DNA from: Sedimentisphaeraceae bacterium JB056
Lineage (GTDB): Bacteria > Planctomycetota > Phycisphaerae > Sedimentisphaerales > Sedimentisphaeraceae
Assembly (NCBI GenBank): GCA_044440125.1
Contig: JBITAJ010000022.1
Coordinates: forward strand, 64,001 to 128,000
Reading direction: 5' to 3'
DNA: 64,000 nucleotides
Below the pieces are notes generated by a model. It made no database searches, was not told where the DNA came from, and saw only the letters and a program-made list of their open reading frames with translations. Shown here piece after piece: positions 30,023 through 39,484 of this stretch (positions within the stretch are counted from its first letter, which is position 1; each line of letters starts with the position of its first letter). The translations under genes and the position numbers were made by a program.

Positions 30023-30095
30023 AATTAAGCCTTCTTATTTCAAATCAATAATAAGTTAACGGTAATATAACACAATATAACCACTAAAACAATAT

Positions 30096-30143
30096 TAATT
30101 TCGAAATTATATCAAAAAAATATCAACACAATTTCAACACAAT
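30096..30143 (-). promoter_or_regulatory. Extended -10 promoter with candidate operator repeats upstream of the regulator
   Basis: Minus-strand TGATATAAT (30106-30114); palindrome TAATTTCGAAATTA (30096-30109); direct repeat TCAACACAAT at 30123 and 30134. Confidence 0.45.
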
Positions 30144-30254
30144 ACGATAAGTATATAAATTCCCTGAAATTAGATAAATTCTATTAATTAATAAATGCTG
30201 AATCGCAGAAGGTTTTATCTCACAAAAACCCTGAAATGACTGCAATGAAAAGGA

Positions 30255-31460
30255 TTAGCCGATTATAAGATGCTGCCGGCTAACAGTGTTTTCCTGACCC
30301 TCTATTTGAGCAATCAGTATTTTTTCCACCCTTGATTTGATGTTATCCATCTGATAGTTATCAATATACTTCTCTCTTGCGGCAGCAGCAACATGGGAAT
30401 AAAGCTCTTTATTGGTATGTAACAGCAGTATTTTCTCTGCCAACTGATCATAATCTCCGGGATCAAACAACAAACCATCAACACCATCAGTAACAATTTC
30501 CGCCGGGCCATATTTATTAGTAGCGATTACCGGCAAACCCGCAGCCATCGCCTCAACGGTCACCATTCCAAATGGCTCCCGCATCATTGTAGGCATTATC
30601 ATAATGTCGTAATCAGCGTATATTTCGATGACATTATCAACCCTGCCGCGAAAATTCACGCAGTCGCTAAGCCCAAGCTGTTGGGCAAGATCGCGGCAAT
30701 GCGAAAGCCACTTATCGTCACCAGAGCCGTAAATATCAAAAACAAAATCATCGATCTTATTTTCGGCGACCAACTGCCCAAAAGCCCTAATAGCAGTATC
30801 AATGCCTTTCTGAGGATCGATACGACCGGTAAAGATGTATTTCATAACCCCTTCATTGCGAGCCGACTTTATCCGTTGCGGAGCCCTGATACCGTTTGGT
30901 ACAGAATAAACCTTCCGCGAACCATATCGCTCAGACATCTCACGGCCAATCCAGTCAGACACGGATATTATCGGAGATAGCTCCAGCTTGCCGCCGATTG
31001 TAAAGGGAAGTGCCGCCTTGATACCAAATTTGATACGATCAAAAATATCATAAGCGGCATAGGTGTCAGGCCACAAATCGCCAATTTCAAATATTCGCAG
31101 GCATTTGCTGTCTTGAGCCGCAATAACAGGTGCGATAGATACGCCTTGCATATTCCATATATAAATAAGGTCCGGCTTTACAGTATTTATCGCTTCTGAC
31201 ACAACCCGATAGTTATGCTTCTCAACCTTGTGTTTTGAAATGAAAGACGAATTCTCATAATCAATGTAAGTGAGTTTTCGAACTGGTTCCATGGAGGAAA
31301 AACCGGTATCTTCAGCCACTTTTTCTATGCCGTAAATACCTGTGAGGATAAAGACATCGTGTCCGCGAGATGCAAGAAACTCACAGGTATCACGGCAGGC
31401 AAGTTCATAACCACCCTTGTAATAAGGAGGATAATAATTACTGATTACAAGAAACCGCAT
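30255..31460 (-). CDS. Glycosyltransferase family 4 (GT-B)
   Basis: YPPYYKGGYE, GRIDPQKG, EPFGMVTVEAMAAGLPVIAT; ATG overlaps the upstream stop (TAATG at 31458-31462). Confidence 0.92.
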   Translation of the reverse strand: MRFLVISNYYPPYYKGGYELACRDTCEFLASRGHDVFILTGIYGIEKVAEDTGFSSMEPVRKLTYIDYENSSFISKHKVEKHNYRVVSEAINTVKPDLIYIWNMQGVSIAPVIAAQDSKCLRIFEIGDLWPDTYAAYDIFDRIKFGIKAALPFTIGGKLELSPIISVSDWIGREMSERYGSRKVYSVPNGIRAPQRIKSARNEGVMKYIFTGRIDPQKGIDTAIRAFGQLVAENKIDDFVFDIYGSGDDKWLSHCRDLAQQLGLSDCVNFRGRVDNVIEIYADYDIMIMPTMMREPFGMVTVEAMAAGLPVIATNKYGPAEIVTDGVDGLLFDPGDYDQLAEKILLLHTNKELYSHVAAAAREKYIDNYQMDNIKSRVEKILIAQIEGQENTVSRQHLIIG

Positions 31461-34400
31461 TACAGGCAGGCCCATTCCTCTTCATAACCACAGCTTAGCC
31501 ATTCAGAAAGCAACTGCTCAAGATCTGCCAAATCAACCTTGCAGTCACCATTTGAATCGTGTACTGGTCGATTAATACATTCAGCTACTTGTGCCTCAAG
31601 TTGGGCTACATATTCACCATAATCACCACTGTAACCTGTAATTTCGACATAGTAGACCTCGCCGGCGACTGCTTTTAGCGTAAGCTCTGACTGGAAACCG
31701 CAATAGTCATCGTTCGAACTGACGACCCTTCCTTCTTCATCATAAACAGTCACAATTGTATCAAAATCACTGCCGCATAAACTTAGATTAAAGATAGTTG
31801 GGTCATCACCAGACAATTTATACCAATGACTGCTTTCCTGCCCTGGTATTGCTTCCAGATAACCGGTAACGATATCACCAGGCGTTAGATAAGCAGATGT
31901 CTCGGGAGACTCAGCATTAAAGTCAGATATTCGCTTACCAAATATATCATATTGGCCAGCAACATCCTGCACCCAATAACAATAGACACCGTCAATCATT
32001 GGAATATACTGCACAGAACTTGATGGTGCGACTATTTCAGTTTGCCCTGTCTCGATATCGTAAAGATAAATATTTGAAGTACCAGAACGTTTATCAGCCC
32101 ATGAAACCTTGCTGCCATTGATATTTATGTGGTATCTTTTGCCTTGAGCTTGCGCAATGACGCTTTCAACACCTGTATTAAAATCAAAACAATGAATCTC
32201 TTCGTATGTTTCCGGCCCTGAAGTCCAGACTATTTTGCCATTATACACATCTGTTGCGTATTGATCTCCAATTCCATCAGCAATCAAGACTTTTTTCTTC
32301 GCAGCAAAACTGTATGCGAATACATCGTAATCGACATCACCACGTTCCGTCCAAACAGCAAGTTCTCCTGACATGCGAAGATATAGCGGCTGTTCTCCCG
32401 CATTACACAACACCTTCTCGGTACCGGTATTCAAATCGTAAAGGAAAAGCTGATATGAGCCATTTCTATCATCAAACCAGGCCGCATTACTTCCGTACAA
32501 CGTTAAATTCGTCCTATTAGAAGGGTAAATGCATACAGCAAACTCTTCCTTTGACGAAAGGTCAAAACCATAAATATCATTTCTGCCATTTCTCTGGTCT
32601 GCCCATATCACAGTGCCATTAAATATTCGGCATTTATTTTGGTTGCCTTCCGCAGTACAGATCGCAGTTTCTTCTCCTGTTTGAATATCCATGCCATATA
32701 TATCAAGATTTTCATCACCATTTCTATCGTCAACATATACTGCATAAGAAGAATGCACCATCATATATCTCTGACTTGAAGGGTTATCTGTAACCTTAAA
32801 CACTCCACCCTCTAATGAAGATGTGCCGGGTATACGGCATCCTCGCAGTTCATAATCGTCACCATATCTTTCTGTCCAAATACATATACCATTATGAATT
32901 TCAGGAGTATACTGACCATTAACACTCGGCATCAAACGATCTGTAACGCCAGTATCAAGATTGTGATAAAAGATGTTTGAAGGACCATAAGCCTGATCTG
33001 TCCATGCAATAAGATTGTCCTCTATACAGGTATGATAACGATCCCCGTCACCTGATGCAATTACTGTCTTTTCTCCAGTTTCAATATCATAACAGAAAAT
33101 ATTCTCTCCATTTACAGAGCTTTCATCAGACCATATCAATTTGCCATTAGACACCGAAACATAATTCTGATTACCAAAATCATCACAAATAACGATTTTC
33201 TCATCTGTATCTAAATTATATACAAATACATCATAACCAGTAGGATATCGAACATCTGCCCAAGAAACATATTTGCCTGACATTTTTATATAATTTGCAT
33301 CTTCCCCAACACTGCACAATCTTGTTTTGATACCTGTTGAAAGCTGATATTTATACAGAGCATTCTCATTATTGGCATCATCTTTCCAAATCACAGTATC
33401 ACCTTCAAATGCCGGAGCCATCTGATTGGAACTATCATCACAGACAACAAACTCCTGCCCTGTTACGAAATCATAGCCATAGATATCTTTGTTTCCGTTT
33501 CTTTGATCTTTCCATACCACAATATGCCCGTCAAGACGCGGCTGATCTTGCTTTCCTGGGGCATTACATACAACTATAGTCTCATTAGTTCTATAATTAT
33601 GTGCATATATATCACACTCTTCGCCACTGTACTCCTCATAAACAATGATATCACCATACATTTCAGGTAATTTTTGCGAAGATTCTTCTACAATAAGTGA
33701 GAATTTATCCTGCAATCCAATCTGTCTATCTGAATGATCAGGTAAATATTTCGCATAAATATCTCCAGCATCATCCCTTTTATCAACCCAATAGCAATAA
33801 CCATCTGAAATACAGGAGACATATTGAGACCCCTCGTAAGCCGCTAAGACTCTGATTTCTTCCGAATCATAGTTGTATATCATTATATTTGTTGGATCCT
33901 CCGTATTATTGTCGGACCAGGCAGCCAAATTTCCGCTAACGTAAGGGTGATATCTCGAACCAATATTTGTATAAATTAATTGTTCGCAATTAGTTTCAAG
34001 ATCGTAAGAATAAATGGACCATTGATTATTTCTTTGATCAGGCCACAAAACTCTTTTTCCAGAAATTGAAACAGCATCCTGATCACCTACCGCATCACAT
34101 AGAACACTTTTCTCCATGGTAGTTAAGTTATATCTGAAAATATCAAAATCACCTATAGAACCCAAATCCGACCACACAACATTGTCAGCAGAAATCTTCA
34201 GTGAAGTTGCTTCGGAAGTCACCTCGCAAAGTATTGTTTCTTGATTTGTTTCAAGGTTATGTAATATTATATTCCAATTGCCATCTCTATTTTCAAACCA
34301 TAAAACTTTCTCATCTTCAAAAGCAAGGTGATGCTTATCTAACGATGTTGTAGAAATAGCAAATTCGGTCGAAGCCTCAAAATCATAACCATATACAGCC

Positions 34401-34687
34401 ATAGTGCCAGAACGCATATCACCCCAAACTGCAATATTTCCAGATACTCTTGGCCAACGCTGCAAACCCTGAGCGGTACAAACCGGGAATTCAGATTCAG
34501 TTATAAGATTATACCCATATATATCCCAGTTCTCTTCGCCATTCCTCTTATCTATCCAGACAACATGATCGCCTCCGGCACGCACCAACCCCTGCTCTGA
34601 AGAATCTGCACAAATCGGAAATTCAGTATAAGCAGAACAACTTAACGCCACACAAAGTAAAATCAACACACTAACTATCGTTTTCAT
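31460..34687 (-). CDS. Cell-surface protein: 21 beta-propeller repeats (3 x 7), PPC-like domain, dockerin-like tail
   Basis: Signal peptide; ~42-aa repeats of the VVWxDxRNGNxDIYGYD type, resembling the Methanosarcina-type propeller repeat; SDFDTIVTVYD...NDD...YYVEITGY; DSNGDCKVDLADL...EWLSC. Confidence 0.8.
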   Translation of the reverse strand: MKTIVSVLILLCVALSCSAYTEFPICADSSEQGLVRAGGDHVVWIDKRNGEENWDIYGYNLITESEFPVCTAQGLQRWPRVSGNIAVWGDMRSGTMAVYGYDFEASTEFAISTTSLDKHHLAFEDEKVLWFENRDGNWNIILHNLETNQETILCEVTSEATSLKISADNVVWSDLGSIGDFDIFRYNLTTMEKSVLCDAVGDQDAVSISGKRVLWPDQRNNQWSIYSYDLETNCEQLIYTNIGSRYHPYVSGNLAAWSDNNTEDPTNIMIYNYDSEEIRVLAAYEGSQYVSCISDGYCYWVDKRDDAGDIYAKYLPDHSDRQIGLQDKFSLIVEESSQKLPEMYGDIIVYEEYSGEECDIYAHNYRTNETIVVCNAPGKQDQPRLDGHIVVWKDQRNGNKDIYGYDFVTGQEFVVCDDSSNQMAPAFEGDTVIWKDDANNENALYKYQLSTGIKTRLCSVGEDANYIKMSGKYVSWADVRYPTGYDVFVYNLDTDEKIVICDDFGNQNYVSVSNGKLIWSDESSVNGENIFCYDIETGEKTVIASGDGDRYHTCIEDNLIAWTDQAYGPSNIFYHNLDTGVTDRLMPSVNGQYTPEIHNGICIWTERYGDDYELRGCRIPGTSSLEGGVFKVTDNPSSQRYMMVHSSYAVYVDDRNGDENLDIYGMDIQTGEETAICTAEGNQNKCRIFNGTVIWADQRNGRNDIYGFDLSSKEEFAVCIYPSNRTNLTLYGSNAAWFDDRNGSYQLFLYDLNTGTEKVLCNAGEQPLYLRMSGELAVWTERGDVDYDVFAYSFAAKKKVLIADGIGDQYATDVYNGKIVWTSGPETYEEIHCFDFNTGVESVIAQAQGKRYHININGSKVSWADKRSGTSNIYLYDIETGQTEIVAPSSSVQYIPMIDGVYCYWVQDVAGQYDIFGKRISDFNAESPETSAYLTPGDIVTGYLEAIPGQESSHWYKLSGDDPTIFNLSLCGSDFDTIVTVYDEEGRVVSSNDDYCGFQSELTLKAVAGEVYYVEITGYSGDYGEYVAQLEAQVAECINRPVHDSNGDCKVDLADLEQLLSEWLSCGYEEEWACL

Positions 34688-34732
34688 ATCTCCAATTCCT
34701 TTGACCTAACTCCTGAATAATAAAAAAAATAA

Positions 34733-34759
34733 CAGGGTGCCACTTACAAGGGCACCCTG
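34733..34759 (-). terminator. Intrinsic terminator after the AhpD-like gene
   Basis: CAGGGTGCC ... GGCACCCTG 9-bp stem, followed by TTATTTTTTT on the minus strand. Confidence 0.8.
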
Positions 34760-34767
34760 AACTTAAT

Positions 34768-35148
34768 TTAACCTTTAATATCTCTCTTCAGATCCAATGA
34801 TTTGTTAAAATTATTGAATGCACTCATCATTGAAGCAACTTCAATCGCCGCTGTTATTTCCTCGTCTGTAACGCCGGCTTTAAGAGCCAACGCCCTGTGA
34901 GCCTCTACGCAATAGTCACAGCCGTTAACAGCACTTACCGCAATAGAAATAAGTTCTTTCGTCTTAGGATCAAGTCCTTTTCCCGCTGCATCAGCCAGGC
35001 TTGTAAGAGCCTCGAGAAAATCGCCATTACGGCCCATTGCCTGAAATACTTCAGGAACAAACCCAAAAGCTTTTTCTATTCCGCCCTGAATCTCCTGAGC
35101 TTTAGCGTCTCCGTCTTTGTTGTAAAGTTTTGTAATTGCCATAGTCAT
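34768..35148 (-). CDS. Carboxymuconolactone decarboxylase / AhpD-family peroxidase-related protein
   Basis: KELISIAVSAVNGCDYCVEAH (AhpD core E-x-CxxC-x3-H); AGGAG RBS. Confidence 0.9.
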   Translation of the reverse strand: MTMAITKLYNKDGDAKAQEIQGGIEKAFGFVPEVFQAMGRNGDFLEALTSLADAAGKGLDPKTKELISIAVSAVNGCDYCVEAHRALALKAGVTDEEITAAIEVASMMSAFNNFNKSLDLKRDIKG

Positions 35149-35227
35149 TCTCCTGTTCTACATTAATTAAAATAGTATTATCATATTCTGCCGCTAAACT
35201 TCACGGCATCCTTCTTTTCTTACAAAT

Positions 35228-35974
35228 TTATAGTATCTGATATTTTCTAACAGCCTTATATATACCATTAATTCTGTCATTATCAACTATAAAAGGTGGA
35301 TAATCAGTATTTCTCGGCTGAAGCATAACCGAACCGTCAATCTGAAAATAGACCCTCTTGAAAGTCGTCTCATGAGGATGTTTGAATCTCACAAAACAAT
35401 CATCACCATTATCAACGGTTCGAGATGGCGAGAACACTACTATATCACCTTCAGAATATTCCGGCACCATCGAATCACCGACTATCCTTACAGCAAAAGC
35501 ATTCGGGTCCGCCAGATCCGGACACTTTATATAATCATCAGCATAACCTACCGGATAGCCAAGATCATCAAAATCCGTGGGATAACCTGCCGATACGCGA
35601 TTTATAACCGGAACAAATCCTTTCTCGGTAGAAAAATCGTGGCCGCTGAGCATTGCCGGCACATCTTCTTCATTTTTCTTTTTTGAAAGAGCCTTAATGA
35701 TATTTTTCAGTCTTGAGTTTTCAGTTTTGTACGACTCTATGCCATTACGCAACCTCGCAGGCAATCGTTCCATAAAAGCCTTTTCGACAAGCTCATCTTC
35801 CTCAAACCCTAAAATGCGTTCAAGCTTTGAAAGCAGCGTTTCTGCCGGCGGTTTAACCTTACCTCGCTCAATAGTCGAGAGATACGGCTTGGAACACCCG
35901 GCCTTATCGCTAAGCTCATCAAGAGTAAGCCCCATTTGCTTACGTCTTTTACGTATTGTACACCCAAGCTCCAT
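35228..35974 (-). CDS. XRE HTH plus S24 peptidase (LexA/CI-like) transcriptional repressor
   Basis: N-terminal HTH (LTLDELSDKAGCSKPYLSTIERG), Ala-Gly site VSAGYP, catalytic GDSM and TFKR. Confidence 0.9.
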   Translation of the reverse strand: MELGCTIRKRRKQMGLTLDELSDKAGCSKPYLSTIERGKVKPPAETLLSKLERILGFEEDELVEKAFMERLPARLRNGIESYKTENSRLKNIIKALSKKKNEEDVPAMLSGHDFSTEKGFVPVINRVSAGYPTDFDDLGYPVGYADDYIKCPDLADPNAFAVRIVGDSMVPEYSEGDIVVFSPSRTVDNGDDCFVRFKHPHETTFKRVYFQIDGSVMLQPRNTDYPPFIVDNDRINGIYKAVRKYQIL

Positions 35975-35981
35975 ACCTACG

Positions 35982-36009
35982 ATTATATAATTAAATAAAA
36001 CTAAAGCAA
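35982..36009 (-). promoter_or_regulatory. Sigma70-type promoter abutting the repressor start codon
   Basis: TTGCTT-16 bp-TATAAT, with the -10 ending 7 nt before the ATG at 35974. Confidence 0.55.
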
Positions 36010-36016
36010 GTAAATA

Positions 36017-38254
36017 TCAATCAAGCTTTAAGTGAAAAGTTCTCGATATAACTTCCTGCTGCTGCGTCTTTGAAAGCCTGTTGAAATTCACCGCATAACC
36101 GGAAACCCTGATAGTAAGATTTGGATACTTACCTGGGTTTTCCATCGCGTCAATAAGCTTTTCCTTGTTCAGCACGTTAACATTTATATGATGACCGGCC
36201 TGCATAAAGTAGCCGTCAAGCAGTGACACAAGATTGTCCACCTGCTGATCATCGGCCTTGCCTAACCCCTGCGGCGTCACTGTGAATGTACAGGATATGC
36301 CGTCAAGGCAAGAATCATAAGGCAGCTTGGCAACCGAATTCAGAGAAGCTATCGCCCCTTCCTTATCACGATTATGCATCGGATTTGCTCCCGGAGCAAA
36401 AGGTTCCCCGCCCTTTCTGCCGTCCGGCGTCGAGCCTGTCTTCTTGCCGTAAACAACATTCGATGTTATTGTAAGAAGCGACAGAGTGTGCTTAGCATCT
36501 CTATATGCCTTGTTTTGGCATAATTTCGTATAAAAATCCTTAACGATTTCGCGAGCAATCGCGTCCACCCTGTCATCATCATTTCCGAACTGCGGATAGT
36601 CACCCTCAACCTTGAAATCACGTATCAACCCATACTCATCTCGCACAGGAGTAACTTTTGCATACTTGATAGCACTAAGCGAATCAGCCACTACCGACAT
36701 ACCGGCCATACCGAAAGCCATGAATCTCTCGACATCGGTATCATGAAGCCCCATCTGAAGCTTTTCATAGGCATACTTATCGTGCATGTAATGTATCACG
36801 TTCATCGTGTTTACATAAAGCTTGCACAGCCAGCTCATATACTCTTCAAAACGCTTGATCACGGTATCGAAATTGAGTGATTTGTCTGCTATCGGCTCTT
36901 TTTCAGGTGCAATATACTCACCTGTCTTCTCATCTCTGCCGCCATTCAGAGCCGCAAGAAGAAGCTTTGGAAGATTCGCCCTTGCCCCGAAAAACTGCAT
37001 CTGTTTTCCAATCTTCATCGCTGATACGCAACAGGCTATTCCGTAATCATCTCCAAAGCGGGGACGCATCAAGTCATCATTCTCATACTGGATCGAATCC
37101 GTATCAATCGAGACTTTAGCTACGAATTTCTTAAAATTCTCCGGCATCTGCTTTGACCACAGAACTGTCATATTAGGCTCAGGAGAAGTATCAAGATTAT
37201 ACAGGGTGTTAAGGAATCTGTAACTGTTTTTCGTGACAAGAGTCCTGCCGTCAACCCCCATACCGCCGATAGCCTCAGTAACCCACGTAGGATCACCGGC
37301 AAACAGTTCATTATACTCAGGCGTACGAAGCTGACGTGCCATTCGAAGTTTCAGAACAAAATCATCAACAAGCTCCTGCGCCTGCTGTTCGGTTATCGTA
37401 CCTTCATGCAAGTCGCGTTCGATGTATATATCAAAGAATGTACTGACTCGGCCAAGCGACATCGCCGCACCGTTCTGCTCCTTTATCGCACCAAGATAAG
37501 CGAAATAAGTCCATTGAATTGCTTCCCTGGCATTCGTTGCCGGCTTACTTATATCGAAACCGTACATTGCAGCCATCTGCCCGAGACGTGTAAGGAAAGT
37601 GATCTGCTGGTAAAGCTCCTCAAGCAGCCTCACCGTCGTAGTATCCATAACATCATCGCTTATACGGTCCTTATCCAATCGCTTCCTGTCGATTATCGCG
37701 TCAAGACCATACAAGGCAACTCGCCTGTAATCGCCAATTATCCTGCCTCTTCCGTAAGCATCAGGCAAACCGGTTATAAGGCCGCTCCGCCTTACATCAC
37801 GCATCTGCTTCGAGTAAACCCTGAAGACACCTTCATTGTGAGTCGTACGGTAATTATTGAAAATATCCTGAAGCTTCTCGCTAAGCTCATACCCATAGGA
37901 TTCACAGGCGGCTTTGGCCATCCTGATACCGCCAAACGGGCTCACGCCTCGTTTCAATGGAGCATCTGTCTGAAGCCCCACTATAAGCTCTTTATCCTTA
38001 TCGAGATAACCCGGCTTGTACGCCATGATACTCGAAGCATGATCGGTATCAATGTCAAGAACGCCGCCTTTATCCTGCTCAAGCTTTAACAGCCCCTGAA
38101 ACTTGCTAAGCAAACCAAGCGTTCTGTCGGTAGGCTTCTCAAGGAAATCACTACCACCTGTATATGGTGTATAATTGGATTGTATAAAATCACGAACATC
38201 GATATCCTTTTTCCAGATATCGCCATTAAAATTTCGCCAAGCTGTAAGTGTCAT
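36017..38254 (-). CDS. pflB: Pyruvate formate-lyase (formate C-acetyltransferase)
   Basis: [23 protein letters not shown] catalytic Cys pair, TIRVSGYAV glycyl-radical motif. Confidence 0.98.
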   Translation of the reverse strand: MTLTAWRNFNGDIWKKDIDVRDFIQSNYTPYTGGSDFLEKPTDRTLGLLSKFQGLLKLEQDKGGVLDIDTDHASSIMAYKPGYLDKDKELIVGLQTDAPLKRGVSPFGGIRMAKAACESYGYELSEKLQDIFNNYRTTHNEGVFRVYSKQMRDVRRSGLITGLPDAYGRGRIIGDYRRVALYGLDAIIDRKRLDKDRISDDVMDTTTVRLLEELYQQITFLTRLGQMAAMYGFDISKPATNAREAIQWTYFAYLGAIKEQNGAAMSLGRVSTFFDIYIERDLHEGTITEQQAQELVDDFVLKLRMARQLRTPEYNELFAGDPTWVTEAIGGMGVDGRTLVTKNSYRFLNTLYNLDTSPEPNMTVLWSKQMPENFKKFVAKVSIDTDSIQYENDDLMRPRFGDDYGIACCVSAMKIGKQMQFFGARANLPKLLLAALNGGRDEKTGEYIAPEKEPIADKSLNFDTVIKRFEEYMSWLCKLYVNTMNVIHYMHDKYAYEKLQMGLHDTDVERFMAFGMAGMSVVADSLSAIKYAKVTPVRDEYGLIRDFKVEGDYPQFGNDDDRVDAIAREIVKDFYTKLCQNKAYRDAKHTLSLLTITSNVVYGKKTGSTPDGRKGGEPFAPGANPMHNRDKEGAIASLNSVAKLPYDSCLDGISCTFTVTPQGLGKADDQQVDNLVSLLDGYFMQAGHHINVNVLNKEKLIDAMENPGKYPNLTIRVSGYAVNFNRLSKTQQQEVISRTFHLKLD

Positions 38255-38286
38255 GGATTCCCCTTCTTATCAAAACTCATTGGAAA

Positions 38287-39333
38287 CTAATTTTGTTTCA
38301 ACAATTCTTCCTTTAATTTTTTACAAACTTCTTTAGGCTTGTCAGAACCTGTCACAACAGAATGAACCGCCACACACTTAGCCCCCGCTTCAAGCACCTG
38401 CGTCAAGTTGGCATCATCTATGCCGCCAATAACCGCATGCCCGATTCCCGTGCCGCTAAGCATCTCTACGGCATTTCGTACATACCCTAAACCCGCAACA
38501 TCAATTTCCGGTTTTGTCGTTGTACTGAAAGCCGGCCCAATACCAACATAATCAACATCCATTGCAATAGCTTCTTTAAGCTGATCAATGTTGTGAGTAC
38601 TGAGACCAGTCAAAAGCGGTCTTGTATATATCGAGCGGGCTGCCGATGGAGGCATATCATCCTGTCCAAGATGCACACCGTCGGCGCCGCATGCAAGAGC
38701 AATATCAACACTGTCATTGATTACGCTTATAACACCGCTGCCTTTGCATAGATCGGCCAATTTTCTGCCGTAATCATAACGCACACCGTCATCGGCATTC
38801 TTGCACCTGAGCTGAAGACAATCAGCGCCGCCTTCAATACATTGTTCAGCGAGCCACTGGAATTTATCACCGGCAGAATTGTCAATCAGAACATAAAGCC
38901 GCACATCCTTGTAGAGCTCGGATGTATCAAGTTTTATGAGAATATCCTTCTCAAGCTCATAAGCCTGAAATCTTAGAGCCTCAATATCAGAGGCCATCTG
39001 AGGATCAAAAGTCTGCGTTGTTTCAGATAATGTACGCAATGCTTCAGGAAGTCTTTTTGCCGCCGCGGTAAAGACATCTATGCCGCTTTTTCGACTAAGC
39101 TGACCCTCAACCTTGAGCCCCAGACCGACATCATCAACACTGTCACGGCTCATTATGAGACATTTCTGGTCTAAAGAGGATATTTGTGCAGAAAGTTTAT
39201 GCCTGAGTGATTTCACCCTGCCGCTCAACTGAGGATTATTCAGAGCAAACCTTGCAAACTCTTCCATAACTCTTGCCGCTTCTCGTGCGCGGTTGAAGTT
39301 AACATCAATTATTCTGTAAATAGCATGCTGCAT
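38287..39333 (-). CDS. thiE: Thiamine-phosphate synthase, long form with N-terminal helical domain
   Basis: RIIDVNFNRAREAARVMEE N-domain; QLRCK, IND, GVHLGQDD, GLSTH, TTTK, IGGI. Confidence 0.93.
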   Translation of the reverse strand: MQHAIYRIIDVNFNRAREAARVMEEFARFALNNPQLSGRVKSLRHKLSAQISSLDQKCLIMSRDSVDDVGLGLKVEGQLSRKSGIDVFTAAAKRLPEALRTLSETTQTFDPQMASDIEALRFQAYELEKDILIKLDTSELYKDVRLYVLIDNSAGDKFQWLAEQCIEGGADCLQLRCKNADDGVRYDYGRKLADLCKGSGVISVINDSVDIALACGADGVHLGQDDMPPSAARSIYTRPLLTGLSTHNIDQLKEAIAMDVDYVGIGPAFSTTTKPEIDVAGLGYVRNAVEMLSGTGIGHAVIGGIDDANLTQVLEAGAKCVAVHSVVTGSDKPKEVCKKLKEELLKQN

Positions 39334-39484
39334 TATATTATTAAATGATATATATCGTGATAAATAGTCCTACTAACGCTTAAACCGATAGTAAGATTCT
39401 AACAAAAAAGACTTTTTTTGACACTCTAAAAATTCTTTTATTAACAGATATGCTTCCTGAGAGACAAAAAGAAAATTCAGACAT

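Noticed and set aside
35228..35974. Prophage remnant suggested by the CI-like repressor
   Set aside because: No cro, integrase, replication or structural genes nearby; the flanks are metabolic genes
37406..38089. 227-aa plus-strand ORF
   Set aside because: Entirely antisense to pflB with no recognisable motifs; a shadow ORF
39334..39484. TPP riboswitch upstream of thiE
   Set aside because: The CTGAGA hexamer present is on the wrong strand and the other conserved TPP elements are missing
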